64,000 bases of DNA from Eledone cirrhosa (Eukaryota): the NCBI GenBank assembly GCA_964016885.1, contig OZ024740.1, forward strand, positions 328,848,001-328,912,000, in the 5' to 3' direction. A model generated the notes under the pieces. That model saw nothing but the letters and a program-made list of their open reading frames with translations, was not told the DNA's origin and did not search any database. Below, in pieces: positions 54,404 to 64,000 of the stretch. The translations under genes and the position numbers were made by a program. Position 1 is the stretch's first letter; every line of letters starts with the position of its first letter.

Positions 54404-57400
54404 GTGATTATGAGTTGGGTGTAATAAATGTTCTATTATGTATTATAAGTTATGTTTTTCAATATATATTTTATAACATGAATGCATTTGATTTATGTGC
54501 TGTACTGTATGGATATTGTTTTTTGTATTACAAAGTGCAGAATTTGTCTGTTATGTTAGTGGAGATAAATTTGCTTTTGTATTCTTCTAAAGCTTGTTTC
54601 ACAAACCCGTGCAAGTAACATTTGTTGACTAGTGTTACGTTAATCCTTTTGATATTTTTCATAAAGCTTTTTATGTATAAAAATCTAAAGGCTCCACTCA
54701 AACATATTTTACTACTGACATTTTATATCTTTATCGACACTCACCTCTCCCCTATATATCTAGGGGGTTGTAGGTGAATGTAGTGAATTTGGATGTACTA
54801 CATAAATTAATCCTTATTCCTACGGTTATGTCGAAAAATCTAGTGTAGTTTCGTTATTTGAATTGCATGTGAACTATGTTGAATGAAAAATGAATGGTAT
54901 ATCCTAAACGTGGCTCAACCTCAGAGTTTCTCTGATCAACTAAACATATAATCAAAGCGTTCTAGCCATGATCACGACATTGTATCCTTGACTACATTAT
55001 CATCTATGTCTTTCTGGAGATTGCAATATGCTAAAGCAGAATTTGGCTGCTATTCCTAACACTGAAAATAACATGGTAGGATCTTCATCTACAATTCATT
55101 TTGAAATGTTTTATGTTAATGGAGCTTGTATTTACTTTAGAGTTAGCAACCTGGATATTATTGATTTTTTTAGTATTTACATTCTTCCGTGTTTAAATTG
55201 CTGCTTTTCAGCAATCGTATTTAATCGCAGCTTTTTTCTGTAAATACTTTAGCTGAATATGACATTTCTAGCATCGACTTCATGCTGTGTCAGCATTTAG
55301 TAGATTTCACGTATTTGTCATCTGTCTATTTTAATCCATTATAATTAATTATTTTATTATCTTTGAATTTCATAACAGAGTCAGCTTATTCATGTTAATG
55401 CGGTATACAAACACTGGGTTATGGTTGGATTATCTTGATTCGCTGGAAACACATCGCCTAAGTTTGTATTGGGAAATATATTGAGTTCTAAAAATATTCT
55501 AGAATGAACGCATATCAACCTACTCTTTTCTAAAAGCACAAGATCACAGTCGCTACACAAACACAGTATCCTTTTTATGAAACAATATGCAGCTATGAGC
55601 CTGTATGTCGCAATACATTTTGTATAAATTCCATATCTGTTGACCCCTTACATCAATCTCTGATAAATTACATGACCAAAGATGCATTTCAAAGACTTTC
55701 ATTTAAGGGTCAATAAATACCGAAATTCTACTAATCTTAAGTATGTTCGACATGCTCGCGTGGATCGAATTGTACTGCTGATTTACACGCAAACAGCATA
55801 GACAACATGCGAACAGGTATGTCGACGGATTGACAGAGAAACTAAACGTTAGTACTCTACAGACGATTACAGAGGCACCGTTTCATCTCTTTATATATTT
55901 TACGATGCTACTACGTATTTAGTTCTTCTGCTCTGAGTGACAGTGAACAATGTCAACATCGAATGAACAATTCATTTGCTTCCATTTCCTCATTCGTTGT
56001 GTCAGCTACCAAACACCGAACATAATATGCTCCATAATTATTCTACAAAACAGCAGTTCTCTGGAAATTTTTACTTTCCAGGTAAATGCATTGTCCCACC
56101 AGTCACCAAGGGTGTACAAATGTTGCGAGCGCCTAACCCAACTCCTTTTCCTATCCTTTCTTGACTTCAGTAAAATATCTGACATCAAACACCGACCATT
56201 AAGATGCAAGCATGCAGCATACACCCGATATTGTAAATAGTAGATCAGCATATTCTGACAATTCACAAGCCTAATATTAGTTAATACTGTCGTCTACATA
56301 AATGCTATAAATACAAAGAAGGAGATTAGAATATATGTTTGCATATTAGGGGTTCACACGATCAGGAAAAAATACAGCAGTAGCAGGAATTTTCTACCCA
56401 GACAACACTAACACATTCAATCGAGAACTAGATAGTAGATATATTGTTAAATATATGTTGGACATGATTATCTCTTATTTGCGTACATATAGGACCGTAT
56501 CACTCAATGTATCCTTCTTTTTATGAAGGCATCAGACTGAGGTTTGAAGAAAAAATTGATTCCGATTTCTAATAGGCTGCGTAAGCACGATGTGTTGTTT
56601 ATTCTCGAACATGTTGATATGAATGATGAGACACCGGAGGATAGGAGATTTATTAATAATTTTGTGTGTGTTTCTTCGTATTGATTTTTAGATTATTGCA
56701 GGTTTGATCTCAAATTTTATCCCTTCGAATTCGATAAAATTAATACCACTGCACTGAATTCGATTGAACTCACTTGGTAGTACTTTTCTTGCGATTTATA
56801 CAGAAGTCAAAACTTAAAAAAGAAATAGCTAGTTTAAATAAAACTGTTTTAGCTATTGTTATTTATGTTGGATAAAAAGATAATTTGTTGTGGTATAGTA
56901 TATTTAAGAATATCCAGTGTATCCTTATTTCTAAGGCGGTAGAAAAGGAGATGAGAGAGATTTGGCTGCTATATTGAGCTGGGTGAGAGGCCACGTAGAG
57001 GCCCTTACTCTTTGCCTCAGACATGCTGCATCTTTAACGAGATCAAGTTTGTTATGAAGCATACTATTTCATCTGTTGTGGATAAAAATGATTTCCAAAA
57101 TAGATAACATACAGATGTGTTTAATATAACCTTCGGCAGCGATTAAAAGTTAAATACTATTTACAGTTGTAGTAAACAAATATAGCACATCTCTGGAAAT
57201 AATACACTGTGGAGTTAGTATAGTATTAACGAAAATACCTGTCCATATCACGACATCTAAAGTTTTTACGTGTGAGATGTTATAAAACAGTGCGACAAAG
57301 AAGGAGCAAAAGAAGAAACAAATTATAAATAGGAAAACGAATAACTTATTTTAGTCTTGGAGGAACAAGAGAAGAAAGAAATTTTATAAACACTAACTCG

Positions 57401-57856
57401 ACTTGAACACAAGCAATAAATCATTAAATTTCATTAAAGTAAAAATATAATCAATAATAAAAACAAATAACTAGACAAACAATATCAAGATAAAATAAAA
57501 ATTAAAAATGCATCATATGATTGAAATCTGTCACGAAGTCTGAATGATAAAAATCTAGTAATGTATAAGAACTTGCTAGTGAAGGATATCACATAAGACT
57601 CACATAAACATTAACAAAATAAAGCAAAATAGAAAAACGCTTTCACATTTACATATAAACATACACACTCAAAAACATATACGGCAACAGATCTAATAGA
57701 ACACAGATTTACACTACAAAAAATCTAATATTATAGAGAACGAATGAAAAATATTAGAAGGTACCAAAAAGGTAACATTTTGAAAGTTTAAAATCAAAAC
57801 TAACTCAGATTACTAAATTCGAAAAACAAAACTAAAAGATATATATATACAAATAA

Positions 57857-57989
<133 letters not shown>

Positions 57990-58899
57990 CGCGTGTGTGT
58001 ATGTATGTATATATATGTATATGAAGAAATTTCCTCGTGCAACGAAAATTTACAAAGTAGGCAATAAAGACACTGCAAAAGTCAAATACAATTAAACCTA
58101 AAATTTTCAAAGCATACCATAGTGAACTTTAACCACTTATACGCAAATGGCATGATAAAATCTATATTTGAAATTTTCGTAAGTGGAATATTTTCACCGA
58201 TAGATTCCATAAATAATATGTGTTTACAAGAAGTTAAATTCCTGTAGAATGTTCTCTAGAGATGTCCAATATCTCAACTATTGTAAATGTACAGGACATC
58301 ATATTTTCTTTTTTCCCTTCGCCTTTGTGCCAAGTAAAAAATATGGCCATATTTAATCTTCGCCTATTGTCTTCACAAACTAATTTAAATTTCTATTTAA
58401 AACCATTTCTGTCACGCCATACATAATGATGTCGGGAATTACAAGATCATATATCATCATAAATTCGAGACCTCCTACTATGCACCATTTACATCTTACG
58501 TGCATCAAATGATTTATAATGATAAGAATGTTATTGCCGGTCAACTGAAATATAACTAATTATATGCAGTCTAAAAACTATATTTTGAGTTTACAAACGA
58601 GAGGAAGGAATTACTCACTACAAAAGTTGTCTAATTATAGAATTGAGATTACTCTTTGTTATTAAGCAGTTCCATATTAAGTACGTAATATATCACGACA
58701 TCGCATTGCCTACGGGGTGATCGACGAGGGAAATCGATATTTTTGTTCATTCAGCTTTCGTGATTCGTGTTTCGTTTTTCCGTGTTCAACTTTGCTACAC
58801 GTTCCTCAATTCATTATCTAATTGTTTATTTACCAGCGAAACATTGCTCTCCTTCCCAATAGACAAATGTTTATTTATATTTCTCTCCGTTCTTTACCG

Positions 58900-59265
58900 T
58901 TTTCAGAGCATACCAGTTCGGTATCCTGATTGGTTTCAGGTTGTAGGACATTATAATCCAACCGATGTTAGCTTTGCGTTTCATCATTACGGGGTCAATA
59001 ACATAAAGTACCAGTAACGTACTGGGTCGATATAATCGACTTTCCCCTCCCCTCAATTTTTTAGCATTGTCCTAAATCAGAAAACATTATGGCAGTATCA
59101 GTAGAGGGTCGGACGCCATGCTTTGAGTTGCGACCCTTTATGGTCTGAGTTCAAATCCCGCCGAGGTTAACTTTGCCTTTCATCCTTACATGGTCGATAA
59201 AATAAAGTACCAGTAATTGACTGGATTAATTGCTGACCTTGTGCCAAAAGTAGAAACAATTATTA
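58900..59265 (+). mobile_element. Two tandem SINE copies (older 58900-59090; younger 59091-59265)
   Basis: gagttcaaatcccgccgaggttaactttgcctttcatcc..aagtaccagt. Confidence 0.85.
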
Positions 59266-59523
59266 TTACTATTATAGTACCCATAAAAGATGCAGTTTAT
59301 AGTAAAAAAAAATATTTTATTTGATAATTCCTTGATTATAATATTCTATGTTTTGTTGCTTGAATCCGTGACTATGTTTGACGTTCTGTCTCTTGTCACT
59401 CCAGATATCATTCTGTTTCATATTATATTCATATACATTAATTGCAATATTTTATTAATATATCAAATACATGCATCAACTAAGCGGCAACGACATTGAC
59501 ATACTTAAGTACCAATCAATCAA

Positions 59524-59566
<43 letters not shown>

Positions 59567-61492
59567 CGGACTGGAATTTGTGCTTTAATGTTGTTATTGT
59601 TGTTCTTGTTATATATATGGGGCTAAAAATATAGATATAATATAAAAGGAGATAAAATTCAAGCCACTTTTATTTGTTGTTATACGTGATAAAATAAGAC
59701 ATATCTGTAAAGGCCGCTGCAAACAAACACTCACTCCAGGGTGAAATGAAAATAAATATAGAAATACTATAAAAGAGTTTGGGCGAAGTAAAATATACGA
59801 TAAAGAAGTTAATGACCAAATGAGATTACTTTTGAATCAACAAGTGAGCTTCTATAAAATCGCTTGACCTACTAGATTTAACATGTTATCACGAATAAAT
59901 GGTTTGAAATAGGATGGATAGTCATGAAATGACCAATTTATCATAGTTTTCCTGAGCAATGTAAAGCTAATTCTAGACAACATGAGCGTTTGAAGATAAA
60001 AAACAAGATTTTCGTTTCACTTGACTGTAATAGCAGCGAAATCTAACTTAAATCACATCATATTGTCTACAAATAAGACGAAACAGTAGATAATATAGTA
60101 ATTAATGTAGAACGCTTTTCATCATATTTATGACGGATCTAGTCTGAACTGGGGCTAATGAACAAATACAAAGTTTGAAAGTTTATTATGTATTTCACAG
60201 AAATCGGACTTCATGAAATAATACATTATGATAGACATTTACAGTTCAATAATCTCAGTCGTTCGACATGTTAGAAACATCAGCCTATTCGTCTAGAAAT
60301 CACACGCTATTATCTTAAAAGTAGTAGGACACATTGGATTATATTATGCTGGAAGTATTACATATAAAAAGAAAACTGTATTCTTACGTCTTGAACTGAA
60401 TTGCTCAGCTCATAGGCCCGTTCGATTAGGGCTGAATTGGTGTCTAAACAACAACCCTAATATACTTACAATGATAATAAATATGCACGATCTCTTGGAT
60501 AATTGATACAAAATATGAATAATGATCTTTGGTGAATGTAAAACCTAGAAAGTTAACAAAGACTTTAAACCAACTTTTATACATGTGTGTATGCATATTA
60601 AATTGATGATATTATTCGCACTTAAATGATGCTCATGTATACATATTAATGTTATTTTACTGTTTACTCAGTGAGAAATAGGCAGCATCTATGACCTTGT
60701 ATTTTTTCAGTGTCCGAGATAAGTGTTAGGAATAGCGAGAGTTATCTTCAATCCAAAGAACTGATATGAATACTTGCAATGGGGGAAAACTTGTTAAAAC
60801 AACAACAAAATCAGATGGTGGTATTAAAGCTGCCAATAGATTACGACTACAAATCAAAGACTTAAAACACAACCAGAGCTTTTACATATGCATTCATCTA
60901 GAAAATTTGTATCGCAGTGGAAGAAATAAATCTCTTTTATCCAAAGCTTGAATGGCCGCAATTCCCTTGCTTTAGTCTATACTCCAATTCCTTTAGTCTA
61001 TTTGCAAAGAATCATTAATATATTTATTATCCCCTGTATCACAAATAGCAAAATGCTACACATTTGTGTGAGGTGAAGGTTAATCGACGTAACTGACCCA
61101 AATATCACCAGTAAAACAAGGACGAATTGCCACACAGAACGTACATGCTAAATTTTCCATATTTGATATTCCTGCGGTGAGTTTTTTGTGGAATATGTAT
61201 ACACCATCACTTTCTATTGCACAATCATGGCGTAATTTCCATTATTCTGAAAACACTAAATCTGTCACAAAAGTATTACTGTTGTTGTTTTACTTTGTAT
61301 GATATAATGTATCTAAGTTTCCCCTAAGATGGGTGGGTATGATTCTAAGTATTCCAGGTGACCATATAGAAATTTCGACATTGGATCTTGATTATCTGTT
61401 TGTTTATCCATCTCTTTCTTCCGGTTTCTCCCCTCCTCCTTCAGGTTTCTCTCGCCCACTTCCCTTTTCTCAATATTATATCAAATACACAT

Positions 61493-61683
61493 GGTGGAGG
61501 TGAATTGGCAGTATCGGTAGAGGGTTGGACGCCATGCTTTCTAGCATAGTTATGTCCCTTTACAGTCTGAGTTCAAATTCCGCCGAGGTTAACTTTGCCT
61601 TTCATCGTTACGGGGTCGATAACATAAAGTACCAGTAATGTACTGGGTAATTGCTGGCCTTGTGCCTAAAGTAGAAACAATTA
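61493..61683 (+). mobile_element. tRNA-derived SINE, full length
   Basis: ggtggaggtgaattggcagtatcggtagag..gagttcaaattcc..gtagaaacaatt. Confidence 0.9.
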
Positions 61684-63941
61684 TATCAAATACACACTGA
61701 TAAATACATACGTACATACACACGCGCATACAAACATACGCATACATAATGCGTAAATATATATTCTTTTTCGGTTTAAAAACAATATGTTTAATTGTTT
61801 CTTCTCAGTCTCCAAATATCCTGCGTATTATTGTTGGTATTTTGCATTCTGCTTGTACTTTGTCTTATATATATTTTTTTCTAGTGAGAAATCTTTAATA
61901 TTTACCCGGAATATGTATCTGTTTGCGAACTGTGCTTTTTTATACATTTCTTCATTGTGCAGTCTAGTCAGGTATTGGCCAACTCGGGGGATCTTCTTGA
62001 CATTGTCTTTGCATGACATTTCCTCATACAAGTTTTAGTTTATTTATTTATTTATTAAAGAATAGTTTCAGTTGTTGTGTCACCAATCCTTACATAGATA
62101 ACAGTTATCTCAGATTCTCTTGTTTATTTCTTGGCTTCCTTGAAGACTGAAAACAATTTGTTTAGTTCATTTGTTCACGTATTTATATTAGTTTCTTGTT
62201 ATTAATTACAGGAGTATAATAATCGGCATCATTCTTGATAAAAATATCTATGCATAGATATCTGAATGTATGCAACTATATGAATGCACAACGTTTGGTA
62301 GTGTACATTGTATCATGCATTTTGTACACTGATTAACAAGCACACTTCTTCACTAATGTATTTGAATATTTGTTTCTTTTCCTTTGTGGCAAATCAAGGC
62401 ATTATTACCATTGTTGGTATTATTAAGATGTCAGATATAATTAGATAATCAAAATAATTTTCCAGCAGTTATAAACCAGACACCTGCTTTAGTCAGTAGA
62501 ATAAAGTACCAGTCAGTAGAATAAAGTACCAGTTACGTACATGGCTTGATATAATCTAATATTTATATTTTAAATTTTGTTTCTGTTCTTGATTTACTTG
62601 ATGTAGATGAAAACATGGTTACAGTGTTCTGAAGGGATTTCACTTCCACTGATCATACGCCCATATAACTTAATTCCATTTATATATCTGTAAATATGTA
62701 TGCGTTTGTGACTTTTGAAAAAATGTATTCTTTTCCAGAGATATATACTTTCACAGAATTAAAACCTTTTGTATTATTAGAAAATTAATCTAATCTTGGC
62801 ACGCCAAACCTTGGAATTGATTTACCATGCAGAAATGATTTACCATTCCGGAAAAATAAAACATTTTATCTGAGAGAAGTAAATAAATTTGTATATAAAT
62901 TGTTTTATCAGGAATAAGAAACTTTTTGTTAGAAGTAACTGAATGTTCATATTGATTGATTTTATAGATGTTATTTCAAACTGGGGCCTGTGCCTATTAT
63001 CATGCAGTTGATTCCTTAAAATTAAGATATTTATACATATAAATATAATTCTATCTTTAATAAATTTTAAGTGTAACTAATAATTTTTAATATTATCAAG
63101 TTTTAAAAATACACTGTAAAGCGTTTAAAATGTATCTTTAGAAAATGGTTAATTGAAGCAGATACAATCATTTAGTTGTTCTTTAACTGAGAAACCATTA
63201 GGAAAATCTGTTAATCTTTATATCATCCTTATCCTATCTATTATAATTTGAAAGATTGAGATTATATCACCTGCCTAAAGGATTTTTAATAAATCTTTAA
63301 CGTTGCTACAGTTTTAGCCAATAGAAGTGTGCTAGAAATCATACAGCATGGATTGTTTATGGATTTTCTTTTTACATTTAGGTTTATAGTGAAGGATGGG
63401 ATGGTGGTGGGTGGCAAAATTGTAAAGAGTAAACAAGACATTGCGGTATATAGTTGCATATTCTGGGCGCATTTAATGAACTCCACCTGGAAGCAGCCTT
63501 TCAGGTCAGGTTTTCGAACTCAGTATAAATGATGTTCCTTCTCCAAACTCTTGAAGAGACACTGAAAAGTGTAGAAGAATCCTGCCTATCCTCATCTAAC
63601 TAAGCCACACAGAGGAATATGAATTCATTTTCCACTGTGTGAAATTTGACGTTCATCATTTCTGGTGTCGAAAGAATAATTACCAATCAAGAAAAGCAAT
63701 TGATATAGTAGACTATGTTGTCTCTAAATATTTGACCTTGTACCAACATGTTGCAGCCTTTTCATTAGTAGAAAGATGTGCACTTTTAACTACTTAAAAT
63801 ATTATTGTTAATATAATTTTAATTCAATTCTTATCTCGAGCATACTATCCATTATATTTATGCTGAATATTTCTCTGTATATCTTTGCTTTTCAGAATAT
63901 AATATAACATGCTCGCAACAACGACGTAATTTAACTTAAAC

Positions 63942-64000
63942 AATAATTGTTTCTACTTTTTGTACAAGGCCAGCAATTATTCCAGTGCATTACAGGTACG
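63942..64000 (-). mobile_element. SINE 3' end, cut by the window edge
   Basis: aattgtttctac..acaaggccagcaatta..cagtgcattac. Confidence 0.75.

Overview
AT-rich, microsatellite-dense animal genomic DNA. The SINE and repeat style suggests an octopus/cephalopod (inference). No host protein-coding gene can be supported. The window is a nest of transposable elements: five Penelope-like element (PLE) remnants with RT and/or GIY-YIG domains, three R4/Dong-type LINE loci (RT + CCHC + restriction-like endonuclease, two of them in (TAA)n, one with a near-intact ORF split by a 5' inversion), RTE-like fragments, a mariner fragment, a non-autonomous Helitron and many copies of one tRNA-derived SINE. The main signal, found by manual folding only, is about 14 hammerhead-ribozyme (HHR) motifs from about 7 unrelated sequence families. 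They sit in PLE pseudo-LTRs or in short non-coding units next to (TA)n and are very often arranged as inverted pairs or fold-back palindromes. Many have non-canonical cores (U4C, U4A, compensatory U3-A8, extra nucleotide after A9, very long stem II/III, minimal palindromic stem III). Most long ORFs in the supplied track are microsatellite artefacts.
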